64,000 nt of DNA from Eledone cirrhosa (lineage: Eukaryota): the NCBI GenBank assembly GCA_964016885.1, contig OZ024747.1, positions 56,110,001 to 56,174,000 of the forward strand. Direction: 5' to 3'. Position 1 is the stretch's first letter, and the number at the start of each line of letters is the position of its first letter. Shown here in pieces: positions 25,106-35,519 of the stretch. A program made the position numbers and the translations under genes. Under the pieces are notes generated by a model. That model worked only from the letters and a program-made list of their open reading frames with translations. It had not been told where the DNA came from and ran no database searches.

Positions 25106-25464
25106 CAGGGTTGGATGAGGCTCTGGATTTTTAGGCTGATGAGGGTTGGATGAGGCCCTGGTTGGGTTGAATGAGGCCCTGGTCTTTTAGAGGGAGCCCT
25201 CGTACACAAAAGATTAGAATACAAAGCCAACCACACAATTTTATATACCAAAGTTAGATTGGTGCAACTAACTGGAATTGAAAAGTTATATATACAGATA
25301 TTAAATTTACAATTTCTAACAATCCTAAAATGTCTACCCAGCTGAGGGCACAAATATATTGCTACAGCCATCGCTGGTGCCTCCCCCCCCCCCATCACTG
25401 CAGAGGACTCGAGGCAATTGCTCCCTTTACCCCCCCCCCCCCTCCCCCGTTAAATCTGGCCCTG
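25106..25464. mobile_element. hAT-like MITE
   Basis: Ends CAGGGTTGGAT and TTAAATCTGGCCCTG (imperfect TIR). Flanked by 8-bp GATGAGGT / AATGAGGT (7/8 match). Subterminal TGAGGCCCTGG repeats. Confidence 0.6.
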
Positions 25465-25565
25465 AATGAGGTATAGGCAGTGGAATATAGATTGTAACTT
25501 TTGTTCTTCTCTTAGACCTTGGGTGGAAAACACTTCATACCTAAATATACTTACCAGAAGATATG

Positions 25566-25660
25566 GTTCTTTTGAAAGTTTCAGTCAATAGACTGTGGCC
25601 ATGCTGGACTACTGTCTTGATTGATTCAGTCAATCATATTAACCTCACATATATATATGT

Positions 25661-25714
<54 letters not shown>

Positions 25715-25741
25715 GAGGCTGTAGTAAATACTTGCCTGAGG

Positions 25742-25774
<33 letters not shown>

Positions 25775-27015
25775 TATGAGGCTGTAGAAGACACTTACCC
25801 AAGGTATCTGTCACACCCATACACAGACATATGAAGCTGTAGAAGATATTTACCCAATGTATTTCTATCTCACATATAGAAGACACTTACCCAAGGGTAT
25901 CTCTCACACACACACACATGGAGCTGTAGAAGATGCTTACCTAAGGGTATCTCTCACACACACATGGAGCTGTAGAAGATACTTACCCAAGGGTATCACT
26001 CTCACACACACACATATGAGACTGTAGAAGAAACTTACCCAAGGGTATCACTCGCACACACATGGAGCTGTAGAAGATGCTTACCTAAGGGTATCTCTCA
26101 CACACACATGGAGCTGTAGAAGATACTTACCTAAGGATATCTCTCTCTCACACACACATGGAGCTGTAGAAGATACTTACCCAAGGGTATCACTCTCACA
26201 CACACACACGCACACACATGGAGCTGTAGAAGATACTTACCTAAGGGTATCCCTCTCACACATACACATATGAGACTGTAGAAGAAACTTACCCAAGGGT
26301 ATCACTCTCACACACACACACACACATGGAGCTGTAGAAGATACTTACCTAAGGGTATCCCTCTCACACATACACATATGAGACTGTAGAAGATACTTAC
26401 CCAAGGGTATTACTCTCTCACACACACACACACATGGAGCTGTAGAAGATACTTACCTAAGGGTATCCCTCTCACACACACACATATGAGACTGTAGAAG
26501 ATACTTACCCAAGGGTATCACTCACACACACACACACACACACACACATGGAGCTGTAGAAGATACTTACCTAAGGGTATCTCTCTCACACACACACATA
26601 TGAGACTGTAGAAGAAACTTGCCCAAGGGTATCTCTCTCACACACACACATGGAGATGTAGAAGATACTTACCCAAGGGTATCACTCTCACACACACACA
26701 TATGAGACTGTAGAAGAAACTTACCCAAGGGTATCACTCTCACACACACACACATGGAGCTGTAGAAGATACTTACCTAAGAGTATCTCTCTCACACACA
26801 CACATGGAGCTGTAGAAGATACTTACCTAAGGGTATCTCTCTCACACACACACATGGAGCTGTAGAAGTTACTTACCTAAGGGTATCCCTCTCACACACA
26901 CACACATATGAGACTGTAGAAGACACTTACCCAAGATGTATCTCTCAGCAAAGTTGAACCCAGAAATGTGTGGTTGTGAAACGATCTCTGTGCCCACCCA
27001 GGCATATCTGTGCCT
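25566..27015 (-). mobile_element. SINE family D copy expanded by an internal minisatellite
   Basis: Tail-end remnant AGTTTCAGTCAATAGACTGTGGCCATGCTGG at about 25573. tRNA-head remnant TTGAACCCAGAAATGTGTGG (reverse B-box) at about 26954. Array lies between them. Confidence 0.65.
25711..26945. repeat. About 45-65-bp minisatellite with embedded variable (CA)n, about 23 units
   Basis: ATGGAGCTGTAGAAGATACTTACC(T/C)AAGGGTATCTCTCT(CA)n, with partly alternating ATGGAGC and ATATGAGAC unit types. Confidence 0.95.
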
Positions 27016-27326
27016 ATGATTTAGTTAAATAAACCTTTATTAATCATAATGAATGACAAGCCACATTAAAGCACTTAGAAACACTTCAGTGATTTATATT
27101 ACAGCTTTCAATTAATCAGGTGTTGAAATACTTACCTGGTAATGTGGACTGTGTAAAATTATAGTTATATTCAGATCATATATATTGAGATTAATATATA
27201 TACATCAGTTTTTACTGTCCTTCTTCTGCTGTGCATCACTGCTTTGATTAATGAGCAAAGTGTGTATATGTATGTATGTATGCATACACATACACACACA
27301 TATATATATGTATATACATACATATA

Positions 27327-27400
<74 letters not shown>

Positions 27401-28194
27401 TGTATATATAAGTTTGTGTACAGTATACATATATTTATAGCGATAGAAAGAGAAAGTTAGATGCAGAATTTCAAATACAATAACAACATTGGTATCATTA
27501 AAGAGGATTTACAAAAGTTATTGGTAATGGCCCTCCTCTTGCAATTAATAACTAAATAAATAATTAGGCCGCTATTTCACTAATTAAAAATTAATGAATG
27601 TTTCTTTATGATTCTTACTTTTTGTGGTGGTGTTGTTCTTGTTAAGCCTGCTTTTTAACCATGATTGAGGAGACTTCTCAACGTTTTGGGCCTGATTTAG
27701 GTATATGTTAAACAAACTGCTGCTAAAGTCTTCACATTCTGTATGGTCTTCAGAATAATGAAATGAAATATTATCATCATCACTAACTTCTTCTTCATCC
27801 ACTGTTCTTTCTCATCCACTCCTCTTCTTCCCTTCTTCTTCTTTATGATGATGATGATGATGATCTCCAAGTTGCCCGCCACTTCATAGTGGCCCTGTAA
27901 ACTGATCACTGATTTACATATGACTTCCTAGCTCCCCAGACATGAATCTAGAGGACTATTACATATGAGATGTAGTTGAGAGGGATGGATGCCTATCAAT
28001 GCTCTCATAATACTATAAAATCTCTGAAGTCCCACTATAACTAACACAGTCTCCAAAAAGATAAAGATCACCTGATTTGAGCATGCCAACGTTTCAGACA
28101 TTTTATTGAAGCAGTCAGCCATGCTAATGGAAGATTCATAGTGTCTAGAAGAATCTCAAGATTATTCAAGTCAATATTTTCTCAAAGAGCAATA

Positions 28195-28390
28195 GATTGG
28201 TAGTTTTGGTGGAGTGTCAGACAACATGTTTTATGGCATTTATGATCTGAGTTCAAATCCTACTGAGGTTAGCTTTGCCTTTCATTCTTATGGGGTCGAT
28301 GAAATAAAGTAACAGTAATGCACTGGGGTCAATTTAATCGACTTTCTCCTCCCCCAAAATTGTTGGCCTTGTGCCTATATAAGAAACCAA
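28195..28390 (+). mobile_element. Diverged SINE family B copy
   Basis: TCTGAGTTCAAATCC, CTTTGCCTTTCATTCTTATGGGGTCGATGAAATAAAGT, GGCCTTGTGCC. Confidence 0.8.
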
Positions 28391-28492
28391 TATTTTCTCA
28401 AATAAACATTTCTTCATGACTTATGTGTTTTTTAGTAAATTCATGCAGAAGCCCTCAAAGAACTGAGCTACATTGCATATATATATATATAT

Positions 28493-28885
28493 GGAGGGAC
28501 ATGGCTTAGTGGTTAGAGCATTGGCCTTGCAATCGAAAGGTTGTGAGTTCAATTCTCAGACCGGGTGATGTGTTGTTTCCTTGAGGAAGACACTTTATTT
28601 CACATTGCTCCAGTTTACTCAGCTGTAGAAATGAGATGATAGGACTGGTGTCCCTAAGATTCCACTGCAAAGTGGTTGTGGAGGTGCCACAGCAAAAAAG
28701 CACCCAGCACTCACTGCAAAGTGGACATGTAGGCGCCATGGAAAATAAGCACCCAGTACTCACAGTAAATGAGGTTGGTGTTAGGAAGGGCATCCAGCTG
28801 TAGAAATCAAGCCAGAATCAGTTCCCGTCCCACCCTTGCAAGCAGGGAAAAGCGGACGTAAAATGATGATGATGATGATGATGAT
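28493..28885 (+). mobile_element. Full-length SINE family A with two internal 41-bp modules
   Basis: Near-identical to the other A copies but the CACTGCAAAGTGG..GCACCCAG module is duplicated; inserted in (TA)n. Confidence 0.93.
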
Positions 28886-28994
28886 ATATATATATATATA
28901 TATATATAAGTGAATGCACCTGTTATTTTTCTCTAACAACATTTTTTGTGATTCTGCCCCACCCATCCTTCAATCATTCTAATTTCTCATTCTT

Positions 28995-29030
28995 TCTTCT
29001 GATGAAGGACTATCGTCTGAAACGTTAAGA
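28995..29030 (+). ncRNA. Minimal type I hammerhead ribozyme motif (Penelope-like pLTR type)
   Basis: Stem I TCTT/AAGA; core CTGATGA 28999-29005; stem II GGAC-TATC-GTCT; GAAA 29019-29022; palindromic mini stem III AACGTT; predicted cleavage after GUU (29026). Sits in a unique island of about 200 bp between (TA)n tracts. Confidence 0.72.
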
Positions 29031-29153
29031 CCCTCTTCCGGCTATTTCAAGCGTTAACCTAATTTCCTTCCATATGCTGTACCGATTATGTTATTATTTC
29101 TGTTTACCTGTTACATACATATATATACACATATATATATATATATATACATA

Positions 29154-29231
<78 letters not shown>

Positions 29232-29239
<8 letters not shown>

Positions 29240-29470
29240 TAACAGATTAAAGTTTAAGCAAAGAATCGCTGTTTTCACCCTTAACGGGATCTTCTGAAAC
29301 GTTTCAGAAGATCCCGCTAAGGGTGAAAGCAGCGATTCTTTGCTTAAACTTTAATCTGTTATTTTAATAAATATTTGCTCTACGGTTCTTATATATTTGA
29401 TATATATTTATCCTTATCGAGCCCTCTTTGGATTTTAGTCTTCAAATTTATTTTTATTACTATTATTACT
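29232..29470 (+). mobile_element. 138-bp near-perfect palindrome plus tail in (TA)n (family H2)
   Basis: 29232-29369 is self-complementary about GAAAC|GTTTC with 2 mismatches, followed by about 100 nt unpaired tail and (TA)n. Confidence 0.8.
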
Positions 29471-30082
29471 ATATATATATATACATACATACATAAAAAC
29501 ATAAAGTATACATACTAAAAAAAAAGACACACAAAAACACTCTCATATATATGTATACATACATACAAATATATAAAAGCATATAAGCATACATATATTA
29601 GCACATATATTCATACACAAACATGCACACTCTCACTCACAAATGACACATTAATATATGACATTTTACAAAAAATATCTAAATAAAAAATACTACAAAA
29701 AAAATAAATAAATAAACTGAAAAATAAGAATAAAAAAATGAGAAATGATGATGAGATAAGAGAAAATTGACTGATAATAAAATAACTAAATATATTTTAT
29801 TTTTCTTCTGAAGGGGGAAAATATTCTACAAAGCTATTGTTTTGAAAGTGGGGAATCTGTGGTGTGAAATGACATCCATATTTAATATGTCCTTTTACAG
29901 AAACACATAATTCATGAAGTGTAGGATGACAGAAAAAGGGATATTGAAGTACAGTAGCTCCTGTAAATATTTTATATCTTTTTATGACACAATTGATCAG
30001 AATTTCAACTTTACATCTATCTATTTGTCTAACTGTCTGACTGCTTGTCTGTCTGTCTATCACTATATATATATATATATAT

Positions 30083-30284
30083 ATCATGTTTAATGTAGAA
30101 ATGGCTTCTACAGTGCTAAAACTGTTTCAATCAAAAGAACTCATTAAGAAAGCTTTCCTTGTGATTTCTTTTGAATGAAACTGTTCTAGTCCTGTAGAAG
30201 CCATTTCTATATTAAACATGATGTTTATACTAATGTATTGAATACCTTACTTATTGTCATTGCCTCTGATTGAACCTGGGACCC
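30083..30284 (+). mobile_element. 140-bp diverged palindrome plus tail in (TA)n (family H3)
   Basis: 30083-30222 folds back about AAG|CTT; outer 31 bp have 1 mismatch; about 60 nt tail, then TA. Confidence 0.75.
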
Positions 30285-30489
30285 ATATATATATGTGAGT
30301 GTGTGTATGTGTGTGTGTTTCTGTGTGTGAATAAACATTGTTGTCTCTGATCAAGATACAGTAAGAGTGATTTGAATTCATATAAAATGTGAAAACTCTT
30401 CACTAGAACAGCAGTTAAAACAGCCAAATGCTATTAAAGATAGTGATGGGAAAATTGCCTCAGGGACCAGAGGCCAATCCTTGAGGTGG

Positions 30490-30640
30490 GTTACAGGCAG
30501 ATGAAAAATAGAAAAGATTGAAAGAGGAGGATACTAAGAAGTGTGTTTAGTGCATAAAAGTAACTGGAAGAAGGAAAAAATGAAAGGTAATGTACAAGAC
30601 AACTTCACACACTCACAGCTTTGACATCATCAGCTCTCAA
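30490..30640 (-). repeat. Second copy of the 7230-7380 repeat
   Basis: Shared blocks listed for 7230-7380; minus strand GAGAG-CTGATGA...GAAGTTGTC. Confidence 0.6.
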
Positions 30641-30900
30641 ACCAGTAATATGGTTTCACACGATTCATTTGAGAGTACCATTATAAAATGCTGGATCATG
30701 TAATAGAAAAATATATCTTTCTGCTGGTATGATGTGTGTTCGATCAAATAAACAGCACAAATAGAAGGACAAAAGAAGTCGACGATAAGAAAATAAAGGG
30801 ATAGTGAACCTTAAGGTGTGGTCTCTGTCCTAAATAGAAAGCTAACCATAGCTATGATAAAGTTAAATGAATAAACATTGTCTCTGTTCAAGAGGAAGCG

Positions 30901-30932
<32 letters not shown>

Positions 30933-30935
<3 letters not shown>

Positions 30936-31242
30936 GCTTAGGGGTTAGAGCATCAGACTTGAAATCGTGAAGTTGTGAGTTCAAATCTCAGACTGAGCTT
31001 TGAGTGGTGTTCTTGAGCAAAGCACTTTATTTCACCTTGCTCCAATTTACTCAGCTGTAGAAATTAATTGTGACATCACTGGTGCCAAGCTATATTGGCC
31101 ATTCTTTTTCTTTTGGACAACATTCGTGGCATGTAGAGGGGAGACAGTTATGTATGGGCAACTGTTGTTCTTCCACAAACAAATCCTTGCCCAGACATGT
31201 GCCTCGGAGACAAATTTCTAGGTGCAAATCCCATGATCATTC
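30933..31242 (+). mobile_element. tRNA-derived SINE with A-type head and a different 3' half (family E)
   Basis: TGGCTTAGGGGTTAGAGC, GAGTTCAAATC, CTTGAGCAAAGCACTTTATTTCAC, CTCAGCTGTAGAAAT, then unrelated sequence. Confidence 0.78.
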
Positions 31243-32084
31243 ATATATATATATATGTATATATATACACACATATATATCTACATGATGATGATGATGT
31301 TATATAGAAGAAATGAAATGAAATTTACTGCACATGCCTTTGTAGATTTAGTTGGTCACTTATGAGCTTGTATCTCCTAGGAAATTTCTCAGGTGTTTTA
31401 ATGATAAAGGCCCCAGTCTTGTTTTGAAAAGCAATGTAGACGGAACTTGCTTAAGACATCATACAGGAGACAGTAGCCAAAACTGCATATTTGCAATGCT
31501 AAGTTTTTAACCATATAACAATTCCTTCACCTAGACAATGTATATGTATTTATAAATTAGTGTCACTAATTATTTCAGTTTAATCTTATAGACAGAGGTG
31601 GTATATTTTAATCATATATGTTCTTCTTTTCCTATGAAGCATGGTTGAAAATCATATTGAATAGCATCTTGTCTACTTTCTAGGAGTCTTAATATATTTT
31701 GGAGCTCTATTATCTACCCGACTTCTCCCTAGTAGTATCACTGATTGTTCTGTGTATATTGATGGGAACACCAACTTTTTAAAACTACTTTTTAGGTTGA
31801 ATTTGTGTAATCAACTATTATATGGATACTATATTTGAAGGTTGGAAGATTATTCAACAACCCACCATATCCATAAGCAGAGGCCCAACTAAACTCTAAA
31901 CAAAAAGAACAGTAAGACAATATTACTGTAGCAAAACTGATTTTGAGGAGAAGGTTATCCGGCCATAGAAATCAGCCTTAAATGATCTCACCTAATCCAT
32001 ACCAGCAAGGGAAATTAGATGTTAAATGATGATGATGATTGATATAAATATGTAAACACATACCTACATATATATATATAATAC

Positions 32085-32471
32085 AGGGAGGATTTGTTAA
32101 CCCTTCATTGTGTTTATTGATTGGTGATGTGCATTTCACTATTGATCAGCTGAAGGTTAGATCTGTATTGATCTGGCCTGACTCTGGAATCAAAAGGTCA
32201 TTGAACCTCTGCTGTTGAAATGTTCATTCTATCATTACAACAGCAGATGTCCAACGAGCTTTTGATTCCAGAGTCGGGCCAGATCGAACCTTGAGCTCAT
32301 CAATAGCGAAACGCTCATCACCAACCACTAAACATAATGAAGGCTTAACAAATCGTCCTTATGGTATTATATTACACGCTGTTTAGTTCTAGACCTCACT
32401 ACTGATGTGAACCATAACATTGAGTGCTCACCTGGGTGAAACTACAGTAACTTCACCTTACACTCTCTGGG
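32085..32471 (+). mobile_element. Older diverged hairpin plus tail element in (TA)n (family H4)
   Basis: Arms about 32085-32217 and 32238-32360 (e.g. GATCTGGCCTGACTCTGGAATCAAAAG vs CTTTTGATTCCAGAGTCGGGCCAGATC); about 110 nt tail; (TA)n on both sides. Confidence 0.75.
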
Positions 32472-32553
32472 TATATATATATATATATATATATTTGGTG
32501 TGGGATGGTTAAAAGCGTCCGTATGGATTTGGAAATTCTGCTTCGAGGGATAA

Positions 32554-32650
32554 AGACGTATCTGAAGAACTTGCGATTTCAGAGTCAGGTTTGATCCTCG
32601 CATCGATCGTATCTGAAGCTGATCACCAGAGAAACGATTGTAATATGTCT
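32554..32650 (+). ncRNA. Type I hammerhead ribozyme motif with long (62-nt) stem II
   Basis: Stem I AGACGTAT/ATATGTCT (8 bp, one G-U); core CTGAAGA 32562-32568; GAAAC 32631-32635; stem III AC-GATT-GT; cleavage triplet GUA 32640-32642. Lies in a 200-bp island between (TA)n tracts. Confidence 0.65.
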
Positions 32651-32694
32651 AATAAATTCTAAATCATCGCACCACTGATTCTCTGTTTTTTATG

Positions 32695-32736
<42 letters not shown>

Positions 32737-32739
<3 letters not shown>

Positions 32740-32932
32740 GAAGGAAGTGTGGTAAGTGTGGTGTACTCAATACTTAGGGTAGTAGAGTGGGTAATAGGAA
32801 AATGTTCAAGACTCCAACGGCAGAGCTCAAGCCGTTTTGACGGTTATTTCTGAAATATTCGACGGCTATTTCAGTCCGGAAATAGCCGTCGAAACGGCTT
32901 GAGCTCTGCCGTCGGGGTCTTGAACATTTTTC
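32737..32932 (-). mobile_element. Second family H1 hairpin+tail element, opposite orientation
   Basis: Arms about 32799-32850 and 32879-32930. Tail matches 7632-7670 in reverse complement (TCCTATTACCCACTCTACTACCCTAA.TATTGAGTAC). GAAACGGC-TTGAGCTCT-GCCGTC at 32891-32913. Confidence 0.78.
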
Positions 32933-33510
32933 TCTCTCTATATATATATATAGAGAGAGATATAAAGATCCATTTTTAATAAATATACTAGGTGCACTTT
33001 TTGAACCCTTTTTTTATTATCAATTTCCTTAAAAAACTTGAAGTGTATAGAACGTTTTCTAACATCCACACTTTTTTTACTGTAACCCATGCTAGTGGGG
33101 AAGAATGAATGCAAAACCGTGATGATGATGATTTATATATAGAGGTGCAGCAAACCAGTTTGCATCATTTGTACAGTATTTTAATATCTTACTTCTAAAT
33201 TCATAAACACAACACCCTCCTCACAACTAGCGCGTCTATCAATGAACTATATTTGAATAAATATATATACCAAATAAGTGTATACATATGCCATGTGCCC
33301 TCCCACTATATATATATAAAATCTTTTCCTGGGTCCTGTATTTTCGTTGCTCTGGTGATGCAGCTGGACTGCCGACCGCTATATCTGATTTGCTAAGCTG
33401 TCTGAATATTACTCTGGGGTTCTTTTCCCCATCCGAGTGCTAAAGCTACAGACCGATTCTGCATTCGTTAGCTTGGCCGTGTTCTAAAGCTTCGTTAATG
33501 CTGTACTAAA

Positions 33511-33553
<43 letters not shown>

Positions 33554-33939
33554 GAGAGAGAGAGTGAGAGAGAGAGAGAGAGATCATGTTCATCATCATC
33601 ATATATCAGTATGTAGTGTATGCATTCTTGAGAGAAGATGAGCTTTGCCAAGTTTTAGAAAGATGCCCTAGAAACACTGTATGTCAATACACTGCCCCTA
33701 CAACACCATCAACAGAGACAGGACCTTTCGTGCATATAGTGTATGCATGTAGTGTAGTATACTATGTATGTGTATGGAATTAGACAAAGGTTTTGATTTG
33801 AAAAGGAAACAAAGTGGTGATAAAATAAGAGTTAGATAGATAGAGAGAGAGAGAGGGTGAGCATCAGATCAATAATATATTTAGACACACAGAAAGAACA
33901 GAAATATATATATGTATATATATACATCATCATCATCGC

Positions 33940-33994
<55 letters not shown>

Positions 33995-34074
33995 TCATCA
34001 CTGCCTAGCGTGAAAGATGGGGATGTTAAATTATGATGATGATATATATATAGACATATATATATGTGTGTTAA

Positions 34075-34140
<66 letters not shown>

Positions 34141-34302
34141 TATTCCTTTTTATATTTCAATAACTCATTCAAACAATATACAGGGAACTATATATGATTG
34201 TTGCTGAATAATTAATATACTTCTGGTTTCTCTATAGTTTGTTGTTGACCAGCCATCACTTTGTAATGTTTTCAAAGTCTCTTTGAAGTGAGTGTATATA
34301 TA

Positions 34303-34352
<50 letters not shown>

Positions 34353-35329
34353 CAAACACATACATACTGAGTGCATAGTTTAAGATTATAGAGTTTGAAT
34401 ATATTATTTATGACAATTGTAGTTTTGGCTAATGGTGTAGTGGTGTTTTAATTTGTCAATGAAAAACTGCTGACTCTATATGTTTAATTTGAAATTAGGT
34501 TTAGGTAAGGAATTATCCCCAGGAATTGAGTAGAAAAGAAATCAAATTCAGTTAAATCTTTCTGTTGTGTAATTCTGGGTGTGAAGTACAAAAGGGTATT
34601 TTGTTGTGTGAGATGAACTCTTATATGACCATATATATTTATATCAAAATACTCTGTATTTCTATTAATTAATGAAAAAATATTTGGAGAGATTTACCAG
34701 AAGTATTAGTTATTTACTTATTAAGAAGGATAAAAATAAAGAAAAATATAATCTATCTCTAACTAATTCATGGAACATAAAATTAGTTCAGAATTATTTC
34801 TCATTTTTGTTCATTTTTCTTTCTCTCCATTGTTTTTTCACAAATGTGGTTTGAATTTACTCCAAAAACAGTAGGGGATGGTGTATCAATTCTTTATATA
34901 TTGGCTAAGGAAGATTAACACTTTCATGTGTGTATTTCTAATGAAATCCATTCTATTTCTATTAATTCGTGAAGAATTTTGAGGGATCCTCAAAAATTGT
35001 TAATTATATTATAATCAAGACAGTAAGTTAGCATATGGTTCCTATAAAAAATGATGTTGGAATATTCAAATCTAAATAGAAATACCACTTCCAACTAATA
35101 ATGGCATAAAAAGAAAGAAAACATGGCGCATGCAAGCTAAATGGTTTTTCTTTATTTTCCAAGGTTTTTGACTTCTGATGAGGAAATTGTATCTCAAAAA
35201 TTAAGATCGTATTTGAATAAAGAAGAGGTAAAACAGAGCAGCTTTGTTACTTTCTTCTACTTTAAATCATACCACACTTTTCCCATTGTTGTAGCCTTTG
35301 AATTACATACCATTTTATCAATCCTTTAA

Positions 35330-35519
35330 CTCTTTAGCATTTAAACCGGTCGTATCTGGCCGGAATTATCTCACCTCTTTCTTTTCAAATCAACCATAAT
35401 TGGATGTATTATTCTCAAAATAAATAACATCAAAATCTCATAGCTTCGATATTATGTGAGATCAAGCCTTTACCAAGAAAATATAATAGTAGATATAGAG
35501 TATTGTAAATGCTAAAGGG
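35330..35519. mobile_element. 190-bp piggyBac-like MITE
   Basis: TTAA|CTCTTTAGCATTTA ... TAAATGCTAAAGGG|TTAA: 14-bp TIR (1 mismatch) with TTAA on both sides. Confidence 0.82.

Noticed and set aside
27136-27148. 13-nt minus-strand micro-exon (ACAG|...CAG|GTAAGT)
   Set aside because: Good donor but weak acceptor; expected by chance in 64 kb.
27584-27802. 72-aa acidic ORF (DEEEVSDDDNISF...) as a host exon
   Set aside because: No polypyrimidine tract or recognisable domain; adjacent to triplet repeats.
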